From the sequence record OL956808.1: a stretch of DNA of 64,000 nt; one strand, given 5' to 3'. A model generated the notes under the pieces. The model worked only from the letters and a program-made list of their open reading frames with translations. It searched no databases and was not told the origin of the DNA. This document shows, piece after piece, positions 28,908-38,617 of the stretch. Position 1 is the first letter of the stretch; the number at the start of each line of letters is the position of its first letter. The stretch is from Escherichia phage vB_EcoM-S1P5QW. A program made the position numbers and the translations under genes.

Positions 28908-29533
28908 TGCTTTATCAAATGCACAAGTGCAAAGATACATACAAATATAAAGGTGCCCAGTGTTATATCATTAATCGTGAAAACGCGGGTCCAGGTCATT
29001 CGCATCAATCACGGTTTGTATTCGTTAAAAACAATGAAATTATAGCAGTTGCTAATTACATGCTTGTGACTAATGATGTTAATCCGGTGCCTTTTACATA
29101 TTATAATCTAATGGATTTGGCGTACGATTATAATTGGTTTAATCATGACACTTTGGCTCATATCGAAGGCGTAGGATTTGACATCTCTTATTCTAGTTAT
29201 TCGTTGTGTCCTATGAGCCGAGCTCATAAAGAGCCTGAATATTTTTCATTTCGTCGGCGTGTAGACTTTAAACGCAGTACAGAGTATGTCGGTGGAATCT
29301 TTGTTAAAGATAATCGAATTACTCGCATTATTTATCCTTTGGGCTGTGGTCAAAAAGATATTGATGTTGATTTAGACTTTACTGAAAACATCATTAATCA
29401 TATTGCTTCTGTATATTTTGATATTGATCACAAAATTGTAATATGTGGATATGAATTGCCATCTGAAAAACAGTCTAAAGTAAATGTTTCTATTGATGAC
29501 CAAATTTTTAATGCTTTTATGAATAGAGGTTAA
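28907..29533 (+). CDS. hypothetical protein (T4 61.2-like)
   Basis: 208-aa ORF. Confidence 0.5.
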   Translation: MLYQMHKCKDTYKYKGAQCYIINRENAGPGHSHQSRFVFVKNNEIIAVANYMLVTNDVNPVPFTYYNLMDLAYDYNWFNHDTLAHIEGVGFDISYSSYSLCPMSRAHKEPEYFSFRRRVDFKRSTEYVGGIFVKDNRITRIIYPLGCGQKDIDVDLDFTENIINHIASVYFDIDHKIVICGYELPSEKQSKVNVSIDDQIFNAFMNRG

Positions 29534-29534
29534 T

Positions 29535-29699
29535 ATGAAAACATATAAAGAATTTATTAAAGAAGATATGGTCGCTGGAGATTCAGGCGGTAATCCTGAA
29601 AATATCTCTACTGGAACAACGTCAGGCGCTGTAGTAAATAAAGGCCCTGAACAGATTCCTAAAAAGAAAAAAGAGGAATCTAAAGAAAAAGAAGAGTAA
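29535..29699 (+). CDS. hypothetical small Lys/Glu-rich protein (54 aa)
   Basis: not in track; fills the gap before gene 61. Confidence 0.35.
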   Translation: MKTYKEFIKEDMVAGDSGGNPENISTGTTSGAVVNKGPEQIPKKKKEESKEKEE

Positions 29700-29701
29700 A
29701 A

Positions 29702-30730
29702 ATGTCATCAATACCTTGGATTGATAATGAGTTTGCATACCGTGCATTAGCTCATTTACCTAAATTCACACAAGTAAATAATAGTTCAACTTTTAAATTA
29801 CGGTTTAGATGTCCTGTTTGTGGAGATTCAAAAACCGACCAGAATAAAGCTCGTGGATGGTATTATGGTGATAATAATGAAGGAAATATTCATTGTTATA
29901 ACTGTAATTATCATGCACCAATCGGAATATATTTAAAGGAGTTTGAACCTGATTTATATCGTGAGTATATCTTTGAAATAAGAAAAGAAAAAGGTAAAAG
30001 TCGTCCAATAGAAAAACCTAAAGAACTTCCTAAGCAACCTGAGAAGAAAATAATTAAATCTCTTCCGTCATGTGTTAGATTAGATAAACTGGCGGAAGAC
30101 CATCCAATTATAAAATATGTAAAAGCTCGTTGTATTCCAAAGGATAAATGGAAATATCTTTGGTTTACAACCGAATGGCCTAAATTAGTTAATAGCATAG
30201 CACCGGGAACATACAAAAAGGAAATTTCTGAGCCTCGTCTTGTTATTCCAATTTATAATGCTAATGGAAAAGCTGAGTCTTTTCAAGGACGTGCATTAAA
30301 GAAAGATGCTCCTCAAAAATATATCACCATTAAAGCTTATCCTGAGGCAACAAAAATTTACGGTGTTGAACGAGTTAAAGATGGTGATGTATATGTTCTA
30401 GAAGGACCTATAGATTCACTTTTTATTGAAAATGGTATAGCTATTACGGGTGGTCAATTAGACCTAGAAGTTGTTCCATTTAAAGATAGACGAGTGTGGG
30501 TTTTAGATAATGAACCTCGTCACCCTGACACTATCAAACGAATGACTAAATTAGTTGATGCAGGAGAAAGGGTTATGTTTTGGGATAAATCTCCCTGGAA
30601 ATCAAAAGATGTCAATGATATGATTAGAAAGGAAGGTGCAACCCCTGAACAAATTATGGAATATATGAAAAATAATATTGCCCAGGGGTTGATGGCTAAA
30701 ATGCGGCTATCTAAATATGCTAAGATTTAA
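29702..30730 (+). CDS. 61: DNA primase gp61
   Basis: 342 aa, zinc ribbon CPVCGD...CYNC, TOPRIM-like core. Confidence 0.9.
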   Translation: MSSIPWIDNEFAYRALAHLPKFTQVNNSSTFKLRFRCPVCGDSKTDQNKARGWYYGDNNEGNIHCYNCNYHAPIGIYLKEFEPDLYREYIFEIRKEKGKSRPIEKPKELPKQPEKKIIKSLPSCVRLDKLAEDHPIIKYVKARCIPKDKWKYLWFTTEWPKLVNSIAPGTYKKEISEPRLVIPIYNANGKAESFQGRALKKDAPQKYITIKAYPEATKIYGVERVKDGDVYVLEGPIDSLFIENGIAITGGQLDLEVVPFKDRRVWVLDNEPRHPDTIKRMTKLVDAGERVMFWDKSPWKSKDVNDMIRKEGATPEQIMEYMKNNIAQGLMAKMRLSKYAKI

Positions 30731-30927
30731 ATCAACCCAACTAAAGCAAATGCTAAATCTACAAATGTATCAAGAGTAACTACTGGAATATTAATACCAT
30801 GTGCAATTGCAATTGGTGATAAAATAAAGTTCCAGAGTAAAATTCCTACCATAGCAGAAATAGTAAAAGCTATACGTTTTTTATTACCTTTTATGGCATT
30901 AACAAGTGCCATTAATTTTTGTACCAT
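30727..30927 (-). CDS. small two-TM membrane protein encoded antisense to the early genes
   Basis: 66 aa; AAGGAGG SD 5 nt before ATG on the - strand; does not overlap any + gene. Confidence 0.5.
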   Translation of the reverse strand: MVQKLMALVNAIKGNKKRIAFTISAMVGILLWNFILSPIAIAHGINIPVVTLDTFVDLAFALVGLI

Positions 30928-30940
30928 ATGTCCTCCTTAT

Positions 30941-30964
30941 TGCTTTATATATTTATTGTATAAT
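30941..30964 (+). promoter_or_regulatory. candidate MotA-dependent middle promoter upstream of gene 56
   Basis: TGCTTTA followed about 12 bp later by TATAAT. Confidence 0.45.
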
Positions 30965-30998
30965 TAATCTACTAACCCATGAATTGAAAGGAAAAATA

Positions 30999-31517
30999 AT
31001 GGCTTACTTTAATGAATGTGCTCATTTGATCGAAGGTGTTGATAAAGCAAATCGTGCATATGCTGAGAATATTATGCACAATATTGACCCACTGCAGGTT
31101 ATGCTTGACATGCAGCGGCATTTACAGATTCGTTTGGCTAATGATAAACCAGAAACAAATCGTCATCCTGATTCACTTGAAACTGCAGGAGAAGTTCTTG
31201 CTTGGTTGCGAAACCAAGACGATTATATCGCAGATGAAACTCGCGAGCTATATACTTCTCTTGGTGGTATGAGTAATGGTGAAAAAGAAGCTTCTGCTGT
31301 ATGGAAACCTTGGAAGAAACGTTATTCTGAAATGCAATCCAAGAAAATTCAAGATTTATCTCCTGAAGATCAGCTTGAAATTAAATTTGAACTGATTGAC
31401 CAATTTCACTTTTTCATGAATAAATTTATTGCTCTTGGAATGTCAGCTGAAGAAATCTTTAAACTTTATTACCTGAAAAATGCTGAAAACTTCGCTCGTC
31501 AAGACCGAGGTTATTAA
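30999..31517 (+). CDS. 56: dCTP pyrophosphatase gp56
   Basis: 172 aa from ATG (MAYFNECAHL), recognised as T4 gp56; track start over-extended. Confidence 0.85.
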   Translation: MAYFNECAHLIEGVDKANRAYAENIMHNIDPLQVMLDMQRHLQIRLANDKPETNRHPDSLETAGEVLAWLRNQDDYIADETRELYTSLGGMSNGEKEASAVWKPWKKRYSEMQSKKIQDLSPEDQLEIKFELIDQFHFFMNKFIALGMSAEEIFKLYYLKNAENFARQDRGY

Positions 31518-31717
31518 TGGCTCGTTTAAATAAGCGTCAGCTCAAGAAAGCCCATAAGAAACGTATTGACCAGCTATTTAAAGATTATAACAAGGAGCTC
31601 GTATGTGAGCTCTTAACTAATCAACTTCGTATGGTTGATTGGGTTATAGAAGAAGGTCCTGACGAAATTTTTGTCAGCGAAGAAGCCTTAAAATTAATTA
31701 TAGAGCATTCAAAATGA
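31517..31717 (+). CDS. hypothetical protein
   Basis: 66-aa ORF, TAATG overlap. Confidence 0.4.
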   Translation: MARLNKRQLKKAHKKRIDQLFKDYNKELVCELLTNQLRMVDWVIEEGPDEIFVSEEALKLIIEHSK

Positions 31718-31923
31718 AATTTGATTTCTACGCGTGGCAAAAAGCCGGGAGACCGGCTACTCGAGCATTTGGTTCTGATGGATATAATATTAGAGCCCAT
31801 TGGAAATTTAATGCTCCAGAAGATTATTCTCCGGTAATTATTAACGGCGATGTTGTTATATTAACTAAAATCGGGTATTTTAACGTTCCGCGAGAATTTA
31901 TTATAAATAATCATGTAATTTAA
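31714..31923 (+). CDS. hypothetical protein
   Basis: 69-aa ORF, ATGA overlap. Confidence 0.4.
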   Translation: MKFDFYAWQKAGRPATRAFGSDGYNIRAHWKFNAPEDYSPVIINGDVVILTKIGYFNVPREFIINNHVI

Positions 31924-31939
31924 ATAAAAGGAGAATTAC

Positions 31940-32197
31940 ATGGCTAGTACTCGCGGTTATGTTAATATTAAAACATTTGACCAAGCAGTTGATGGTGGTA
32001 CAATTCAGGGTAAAGAAATTTCTGTAGCTTTCCCTCTTTATTCTGATGTTCACAAAATTTCTGGGGCTCATTATCAGACATTTCCTTCAGAAAAAGCAGC
32101 ATATTCAACAGTATATGAAGAAAATCAGCGTGCTGATTGGATTACTGCAAATGAAGGTCTTTGGACTGTTACGCCAACTCCAGGTATTGGTGATTAA
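31940..32197 (+). CDS. soc: small outer capsid protein Soc
   Basis: 85 aa, recognised as T4 Soc; followed by hairpin terminator. Confidence 0.8.
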   Translation: MASTRGYVNIKTFDQAVDGGTIQGKEISVAFPLYSDVHKISGAHYQTFPSEKAAYSTVYEENQRADWITANEGLWTVTPTPGIGD

Positions 32198-32204
32198 AAT
32201 TTAA

Positions 32205-32228
32205 GGAATCCTTCGGGGTTCCTTTTTT
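32205..32228 (+). terminator. rho-independent terminator after soc
   Basis: GGAATCC-TTCG-GGGTTCC then TTTTTT. Confidence 0.65.
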
Positions 32229-32294
32229 CGTTTTTGCAGTTTACTTTCCAAAATGAGTATGGTATAATAGAATTATCTTATAGAGGAGAGCACT

Positions 32295-32501
32295 ATGTTA
32301 AATCGCTGGATTAAACCAAATGAAGATTTAGATATTATCATTTCACGGCATGTAATGAAGAAATATGAATTGCAACCATGGTCTACAGAAGTTGTTGTGC
32401 ATTCATTTATGATGTACGCAGATGGTTCTGTCGAATTTAATGCAGAGATTCGATATGATTATGGTGAAAAGCAAGTCGAATTTCAAAGAGGCTTTTTGTA
32501 A
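32295..32501 (+). CDS. hypothetical protein
   Basis: 68-aa ORF. Confidence 0.4.
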   Translation: MLNRWIKPNEDLDIIISRHVMKKYELQPWSTEVVVHSFMMYADGSVEFNAEIRYDYGEKQVEFQRGFL

Positions 32502-32842
32502 TGTTTATCTTTAATTGGTTTAAAAATTTCTTTACAGATTTTTTCTCTACAACTCCGGGAGAAGGTGTAGTTCCTATTTCAAATGACTATCTTCCTTTAA
32601 CTGTAGTTGAATATGTTTATATGGGAGATGGAACAGTAGAAGCAGTTACTATGACTTATGAAGAAGCCCAAGAATATTATAAAAATCCTTGGCGCTGGTC
32701 AGTACCTACTACATCATCTAATGCACAGAATACACAGTCTAGTTCTGATTCATATGACACCAATGTTCCTGTTCATGTATGGGCAGGTGATTCATGTGGA
32801 AGTTCTTGTGATTCTAGTTGTTCATCTACATCTTGTGATTGA
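32501..32842 (+). CDS. hypothetical protein with Cys/Ser-rich C-terminal tail
   Basis: 113 aa; C-terminus [15 protein letters not shown]. Confidence 0.4.
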   Translation: MFIFNWFKNFFTDFFSTTPGEGVVPISNDYLPLTVVEYVYMGDGTVEAVTMTYEEAQEYYKNPWRWSVPTTSSNAQNTQSSSDSYDTNVPVHVWAGDSCGSSCDSSCSSTSCD

Positions 32843-32850
32843 GGAAAATT

Positions 32851-33336
32851 ATGGAAGCGATTTTGTTTGAAATGTATATTAGCAGTAATAGCATGTCGTT
32901 TGCTAAAGATGTTCCAATTACTGTAGCCGTAGTGATTGATAAGGGTTATTGTAACCCTATGTATCTCGTAGAAAATTTCGTTTCAATGCCAGTTCCAGAA
33001 GATGTTGAAATAAAACTTAAAAAGATCGGAATTATTGAAACTGTGCCAAATAGTCCGTTTAGAGCAATTGAAGCATTTACTAAATCCGAATACATTAATG
33101 TTAGCGCAGAACAATATAATGGTAATCCTTTATCTTTTTATTCGTACGATTCAGTATATGACTGGAAAATAAATGAAGGAAATAAATTTATAATTGCGAG
33201 TGAAGATGCTTTATCATACTTTATTTATTATGTATGGAATAATTTAAATCCAAAATTGCTAAAAATTCATGAATTTGACGATGCTCCTACTATTGTTTTA
33301 GGTAAAACAAATGAAAGTTCTGAAGAAGATGCTTGA
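32851..33336 (+). CDS. hypothetical protein (possibly Mrh)
   Basis: 161 aa from ATG with GAGGAAA SD; size and position fit T4 mrh. Confidence 0.4.
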   Translation: MEAILFEMYISSNSMSFAKDVPITVAVVIDKGYCNPMYLVENFVSMPVPEDVEIKLKKIGIIETVPNSPFRAIEAFTKSEYINVSAEQYNGNPLSFYSYDSVYDWKINEGNKFIIASEDALSYFIYYVWNNLNPKLLKIHEFDDAPTIVLGKTNESSEEDA

Positions 33337-33514
33337 ATGGTTCAATAGACCAAACTCAATGTATATTGACGATGGTTGGGTTGAACAGGCAAATAAAGAA
33401 ATGCAGAACGAATCGGAAGAATGGATGAAATCAATGATTAGTGCTGAGAAAGAAAAGAAATTAGAACGCTCAGCACTTAAATTGATGAGAGACATCTATG
33501 GGGATAAATCATGA
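33329..33514 (+). CDS. hypothetical protein (start uncertain)
   Basis: ORF overlapping end of previous gene. Confidence 0.3.
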   Translation: MLEWFNRPNSMYIDDGWVEQANKEMQNESEEWMKSMISAEKEKKLERSALKLMRDIYGDKS

Positions 33515-33675
33515 ACAAGAACATGACGTTAGAAGAGGCTAAAGCTAAAGCAAATGAAGCCTTAGATTTGCTTCTTAAAATCGGTAGTAAAATGATGGAA
33601 GAAAATGAGAAATACATTCAGGAAAACAAAATTCCTGACGGTCCATTAGTAGGCAAAAGGAAATCACATGATTGA
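33511..33675 (+). CDS. hypothetical small protein (54 aa)
   Basis: not in track; ATGA overlaps at both ends. Confidence 0.3.
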   Translation: MNKNMTLEEAKAKANEALDLLLKIGSKMMEENEKYIQENKIPDGPLVGKRKSHD

Positions 33676-34138
33676 AGTAGCAAAATTATATTCAATAGAA
33701 TTTATGTCTAAAGAAGGTAAATCAGTAAATACACTTGATAAAAAATGCTCGTTAATTATTCCTTTAGCAGAAAATCCGGATATTTTAATTAAAGATATAA
33801 AAGAAAGAAAATATCCAGAAAATGTTATTCTAATTATAAAGCATACTGAAGATATTTTGCAGAATACAGATTCACCATTTTCTTCTTCTGAAGCTTTAAC
33901 TATTAAAGGCTATAAAAGAGCTCATGAATATGGTCTTTTTGACATGTTTGAAGACGATAAAGTTAAATTAGCGAGTCAACCTTCTAAAAGTAAAACATTC
34001 ATTATTGAAGATATTAAAGATATAAACGCATTTGTTAAGATGGTCTGGGCTCATTTTGATGTTGGACTACGCTGGAGAATGTCTGAAGAAGAAAGAAAGA
34101 TTGTTGAAGCTAATCGTCACTTTGGTTTTTATCGCTAG
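33668..34138 (+). CDS. hypothetical protein
   Basis: 156-aa ORF. Confidence 0.45.
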   Translation: MIEVAKLYSIEFMSKEGKSVNTLDKKCSLIIPLAENPDILIKDIKERKYPENVILIIKHTEDILQNTDSPFSSSEALTIKGYKRAHEYGLFDMFEDDKVKLASQPSKSKTFIIEDIKDINAFVKMVWAHFDVGLRWRMSEEERKIVEANRHFGFYR

Positions 34139-34146
34139 GAATTAAT

Positions 34147-34329
34147 ATGGATTTATTTGAGATGTTAGAAGATAATCATTCTACGAATATCCAGAATGAT
34201 TCTAGTGATTATAAGAAAGAGTACCGTATAGTATTACAGAATTATGGAATTGAAGCCCCAGATGCTCTTCTAGAAGAACTAGCTTCATACCATCTTGACC
34301 CTCCGCCCTGGGCTCCCTGGGCAAAATAA
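34147..34329 (+). CDS. hypothetical acidic protein
   Basis: 60-aa ORF. Confidence 0.35.
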   Translation: MDLFEMLEDNHSTNIQNDSSDYKKEYRIVLQNYGIEAPDALLEELASYHLDPPPWAPWAK

Positions 34330-34340
34330 TTCAAAAAGTT

Positions 34341-34370
34341 GTTTACTTTCCTTTCTAACGATGATATGAT
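34341..34370 (+). promoter_or_regulatory. T4-type early promoter upstream of modB
   Basis: GTTTAC-N18-TATGAT. Confidence 0.55.
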
Positions 34371-34396
34371 AGCTTCTGAAGTATACGGAGGCTATC

Positions 34397-35020
34397 ATGA
34401 TTATTAATCTTGCAGATGTTGAACAGTTATCTATAAAAGCTGAAAGCGTTGATTTTCAATATGATATGTATAAAAAGGTCTGTGAAAAATTTACTGATTT
34501 TGAGCAGTCTGTTCTTTGGCAATGTATGGAAGCTAAAAAGAATGAAGCTCTTCATCGGCAATTGAATAAAATCATTAAAAAGCATTTAACTAAATCGCCT
34601 TATCAGTTATATCGTGGTATATCAAAATCGACAAAAGAACTTATTAAAGATTTACAAGTTGGAGAAGTGTTTTCAACGAACAGAGTAGATTCATTTACTA
34701 CTAGTTTGCATACAGCGTGTTCTTTTTCTTATGCTGAATATTTCACTGAAACAATACTTCGTTTAAAAACTGATAAAGCTTTTAATTATTCTGACCATAT
34801 CAGCGATATTATACTTTCTTCTCCTAACACTGAGTTTAAGTACACGTATGAAGATACTGATGGGTTAGATTCAGAAAGAACTGATAACTTAATGATGATT
34901 GTACATGAACAAGAATGGATGATTCCAATTGGAAAGTATAAAATAACTTCTATTTCAAAAGAAAAATTACACGATTCATTTGGAACATTTAAAGTTTATG
35001 ATATTGAGGTAGTTGAATGA
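34397..35020 (+). CDS. modB: ADP-ribosyltransferase ModB
   Basis: 207 aa; ART-like R / S-T-S / ExE elements (YRG, TTS, EQEWMIP); early promoter upstream. Confidence 0.6.
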   Translation: MIINLADVEQLSIKAESVDFQYDMYKKVCEKFTDFEQSVLWQCMEAKKNEALHRQLNKIIKKHLTKSPYQLYRGISKSTKELIKDLQVGEVFSTNRVDSFTTSLHTACSFSYAEYFTETILRLKTDKAFNYSDHISDIILSSPNTEFKYTYEDTDGLDSERTDNLMMIVHEQEWMIPIGKYKITSISKEKLHDSFGTFKVYDIEVVE

Positions 35021-35619
35021 AATACTCAGTAATGCAACTAAAAGATTTTAAAATAAAATCAATGGATGCATCGGTGCGTGCTTCTATTCGTGAAGAATTA
35101 CTTTCTGAAGGGTTTAATTTATCTGAAATTGAACTTTTAATTCATTGTATTACTAATAAGCCAGATGACCATACTTGGTTAAATGAAATAATCAAATCTC
35201 GTTTGGTTCCAAACGATAAACCTCTTTGGAGAGGTGTTCCAGTTGAGACTAAACAAATATTAAATCAAGGAATTGATATTATTACATTTGATAAAGTAGT
35301 ATCAGCTTCATATGATAAAAATATAGCTCTACATTTTGCTTCCGGTTTAGAGTATAACACACAAGTTATTTTTGAATTCAAAGCTCCTATGGTATTCAAT
35401 TTCCAGGAGTATGCCATAAAAGCTCTACGCTGTAAAGAATACAATCCAAACTTTAAGTTTCCGGATAGCCATCGTTATCGTAATATGGAATTAGTTTCAG
35501 ATGAACAAGAAGTAATGATACCAGCTGGAAGTGTATTTAGAATTGCAGATAGATATGAGTACAAAAAGTATTCAACATACACTATCTATACTCTTGATTT
35601 TGAAGGATTTAATCTATAA
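35017..35619 (+). CDS. modA: ADP-ribosyltransferase ModA
   Basis: 200 aa paralog of upstream ORF (LWRG, SAS, EQEVMIP). Confidence 0.6.
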   Translation: MKYSVMQLKDFKIKSMDASVRASIREELLSEGFNLSEIELLIHCITNKPDDHTWLNEIIKSRLVPNDKPLWRGVPVETKQILNQGIDIITFDKVVSASYDKNIALHFASGLEYNTQVIFEFKAPMVFNFQEYAIKALRCKEYNPNFKFPDSHRYRNMELVSDEQEVMIPAGSVFRIADRYEYKKYSTYTIYTLDFEGFNL

Positions 35620-35676
35620 TGGAAGGACTTAGATTCATTATACCATGAAATTTTTAAAGCATTTTTACATAAAGTT

Positions 35677-35706
35677 GTTTACAAGTTAAAGTAAAAATGT
35701 TATAGT
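35677..35706 (+). promoter_or_regulatory. T4-type early promoter upstream of srd
   Basis: GTTTAC-N18-TATAGT. Confidence 0.55.
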
Positions 35707-35742
35707 ATAAGTAGTTAACCGTCCGTAAGATGTGAGAAAAAT

Positions 35743-36489
35743 ATGAAGCTGTCTAATAACCAAATTCGTAAAATTAAACGTCGTTTAGAGCATACTCAGG
35801 CATCTGCAAAAAGACGTTCTAAAGATTTTAACTTAGACTTCAATTACATTAAGAACATTTTAGATCAAAAAGTTTGTGCCTATTCAGGAGAACCTTTTGA
35901 TAATCGTATTGAAGGAGAGAAATTATCATTAGAACGTTTTGATAATAACGTTGGATACATTAAAGGGAATGTTATTGCAGTAAAGAAAAAGTATAATACA
36001 TTTCGTTCTGATTATACTTTAGAAGAGTTGATTGAAAAACGGGATTTATTTGCTTTGCGAATTGGTCGTTCATCTGCGAAAAAAGTTCATAAACTAAATT
36101 TAGATGAAAAGAAATGGGCTAAAATCAAAAAGACTTATAATCAAATTAAAGCTATACAGAAAAAGCGTGAAAATCGAATTGAACACATTTCTCAGCTTTC
36201 TAAATCAAAACAGACCTCTGACATTAAGCTAAGGATTATAGCACTTAAAGCTCGTATTGATGGTTCTCGCATAGCAGAAGGCGCTGAAGTTGTTAAACTG
36301 AACGTTCTTCTTAAAGGCTCGGATTGGAAAATTGTGAAAAAGTTGTCAGAAGCAGAAATGCAATATGATATGTGTGATAAAATTATTCAAGGTGTAGAGC
36401 GGTATCAAAACTTGTCTTTTATTGATAAACTTAAACTGAAAAGAGGATACCCGCTAAATTGTTCAATTTTTAAACTTATCCGAGGATAA
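35743..36489 (+). CDS. srd: Srd-like protein
   Basis: 248 aa, position between modA and dda. Confidence 0.5.
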   Translation: MKLSNNQIRKIKRRLEHTQASAKRRSKDFNLDFNYIKNILDQKVCAYSGEPFDNRIEGEKLSLERFDNNVGYIKGNVIAVKKKYNTFRSDYTLEELIEKRDLFALRIGRSSAKKVHKLNLDEKKWAKIKKTYNQIKAIQKKRENRIEHISQLSKSKQTSDIKLRIIALKARIDGSRIAEGAEVVKLNVLLKGSDWKIVKKLSEAEMQYDMCDKIIQGVERYQNLSFIDKLKLKRGYPLNCSIFKLIRG

Positions 36490-36490
36490 T

Positions 36491-36802
36491 ATGGTTTATG
36501 TATATGCGATAGTTTACCGAGACAAAGACGGATTTACGGCGCCAGTTCCGCTTGATGAACATCGTCCTGCTGTATTTTTTGAATGGAATATTGCTGACAA
36601 AGTATTTACCACTCTTAAAGAGCAGTATCAACTAGCTTTAGGTAAGGGAATTCCAAGATTAGTTGAGACTCCACGTAAATTTTGGTTTAATAAAATAGAA
36701 GTTAAACATGTTAAGCCTGATGTAGATACACAAAGATTATATCAACGAATTCTAGATACTGGGCGTATTGTTAGTATTCCAATTGCAGGGACTTTCCGAT
36801 GA
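36491..36802 (+). CDS. hypothetical protein
   Basis: 103-aa ORF, ATGA overlap with dda. Confidence 0.4.
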   Translation: MVYVYAIVYRDKDGFTAPVPLDEHRPAVFFEWNIADKVFTTLKEQYQLALGKGIPRLVETPRKFWFNKIEVKHVKPDVDTQRLYQRILDTGRIVSIPIAGTFR

Positions 36803-38118
36803 CATTTGATGATTTGACCGAAGGCCAGAAAAATGCCTTTAACATTGTTATGAGGGCTATTAAAGAAAAGAAACATCATGTAACTATTAATGGACCTGCT
36901 GGTACTGGTAAGACTACTCTTACTAAGTTCATCATTGAAGCTTTAATATCTACGGGTGAAACTGGTATTATTTTAGCAGCTCCTACTCATGCAGCTAAAA
37001 AGATTCTTTCAAAACTGTCGGGGAAAGAAGCGAGTACTATTCACAGTATTCTTAAAATTAACCCGGTAACATATGAAGAAAACGTTCTTTTTGAACAAAA
37101 AGAAGTACCAGATTTAGCTAAATGCAGGGTATTAATCTGCGATGAAGTGTCAATGTATGATAGAAAGCTATTTAAAATTCTGCTTTCAACTATCCCGCCG
37201 TGGTGTACTATAATTGGAATAGGGGATAATAAGCAAATTAGACCTGTTGACCCAGGAGAAAATACTGCTTATATCAGTCCATTCTTTACACATAAAGATT
37301 TTTATCAGTGTGAACTCACTGAAGTTAAACGCAGTAATGCTCCTATTATTGATGTAGCTACTGACGTTCGTAACGGTAAGTGGATTTATGATAAAGTTGT
37401 TGACGGGCATGGAGTACGTGGATTTACTGGTGATACCGCTTTACGCGATTTTATGGTAAATTATTTTTCAATTGTTAAATCATTAGATGATTTGTTTGAA
37501 AATCGTGTGATGGCATTTACGAATAAATCTGTTGATAAGTTAAATAGCATTATTCGTAAAAAGATTTTTGAAACTGATAAAGATTTTATTGTCGGTGAAA
37601 TTATTGTAATGCAGGAACCATTAATTAAAACATATAAAATTGATGGAAAGCCTGTATCAGAAATTATTTTTAATAATGGGCAATTAGTTCGTATTATAGA
37701 AGCAGAGTATACATCGACGTTTGTTAAAGCTCGTGGTGTTCCTGGAGAATACTTAATTCGTCATTGGGATTTAACAGTAGAAACTTACGGCGATGATGAA
37801 TATTATCGTGAAAAGATTAAAATAATTTCATCTGATGAAGAGCTATATAAGTTTAACCTGTTTTTAGGTAAAACGGCAGAAACTTATAAAAATTGGAACA
37901 AAGGCGGAAAAGCTCCATGGAGTGATTTTTGGGATGCTAAATCACAGTTCAGTAAAGTGAAAGCACTTCCTGCATCAACATTCCATAAAGCTCAGGGTAT
38001 GTCTGTAGACCGTGCTTTCATTTATACGCCTTGTATTCATTATGCAGATGCTGAACTAGCTCAACAACTTCTTTATGTTGGTGTCACCCGCGGTCGTTAT
38101 GATGTGTTTTATGTGTGA
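36799..38118 (+). CDS. dda: DNA helicase Dda (SF1B)
   Basis: 439 aa, Walker A GPAGTGKT, recognised as T4 Dda. Confidence 0.95.
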   Translation: MTFDDLTEGQKNAFNIVMRAIKEKKHHVTINGPAGTGKTTLTKFIIEALISTGETGIILAAPTHAAKKILSKLSGKEASTIHSILKINPVTYEENVLFEQKEVPDLAKCRVLICDEVSMYDRKLFKILLSTIPPWCTIIGIGDNKQIRPVDPGENTAYISPFFTHKDFYQCELTEVKRSNAPIIDVATDVRNGKWIYDKVVDGHGVRGFTGDTALRDFMVNYFSIVKSLDDLFENRVMAFTNKSVDKLNSIIRKKIFETDKDFIVGEIIVMQEPLIKTYKIDGKPVSEIIFNNGQLVRIIEAEYTSTFVKARGVPGEYLIRHWDLTVETYGDDEYYREKIKIISSDEELYKFNLFLGKTAETYKNWNKGGKAPWSDFWDAKSQFSKVKALPASTFHKAQGMSVDRAFIYTPCIHYADAELAQQLLYVGVTRGRYDVFYV

Positions 38119-38124
38119 GGCTAT

Positions 38125-38385
38125 ATGATTAACATCAATTCAAAATATTTAAATCGTCTAATAGATGGTATAAGGAAGCATACTAATAAGCAAGATAATC
38201 TCGATGTTATGGTAACAGGAGCTGAGCTCCTTCATAAGCTTTATCTTATAAGTGATACTATATTAGCAATTAAACGAATTGAAAAACAATCATATCACAG
38301 TAATACAGATACGGTAATTACACTAGATGAAAGTGTCTGTAAATTACTAATTAAATTTGAGGAAGCTATTCGTGGAAATAACTAA
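38125..38385 (+). CDS. hypothetical protein, member 1 of tandem paralog trio
   Basis: 86-aa ORF. Confidence 0.4.
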   Translation: MININSKYLNRLIDGIRKHTNKQDNLDVMVTGAELLHKLYLISDTILAIKRIEKQSYHSNTDTVITLDESVCKLLIKFEEAIRGNN

Positions 38386-38617
38386 AGATCAGTTTTATCT
38401 TCTTCAGGATAAAGTTAGCGAAATTTATGAAATTGCTCATGGTAAAAATCGTGAAACTGTAAAAATTGAATCTAGTAAGTTGATGCTTCAATTAGAAGAA
38501 ATTGAACGAGATTTAATTGCGTTAGAATTCTTTTGTGGTGAAGTGAAAACTGTTACAATCAATGATTACGTTTTAGGCGAAATTAGCTATCTTTATGAGG
38601 CGATTATTAATGATTGA
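38372..38617 (+). CDS. hypothetical protein, member 2 of tandem paralog trio (start uncertain)
   Basis: GTG with GAGGAAG SD; track uses a TTG at 38357. Confidence 0.4.
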   Translation: MEITKDQFYLLQDKVSEIYEIAHGKNRETVKIESSKLMLQLEEIERDLIALEFFCGEVKTVTINDYVLGEISYLYEAIIND

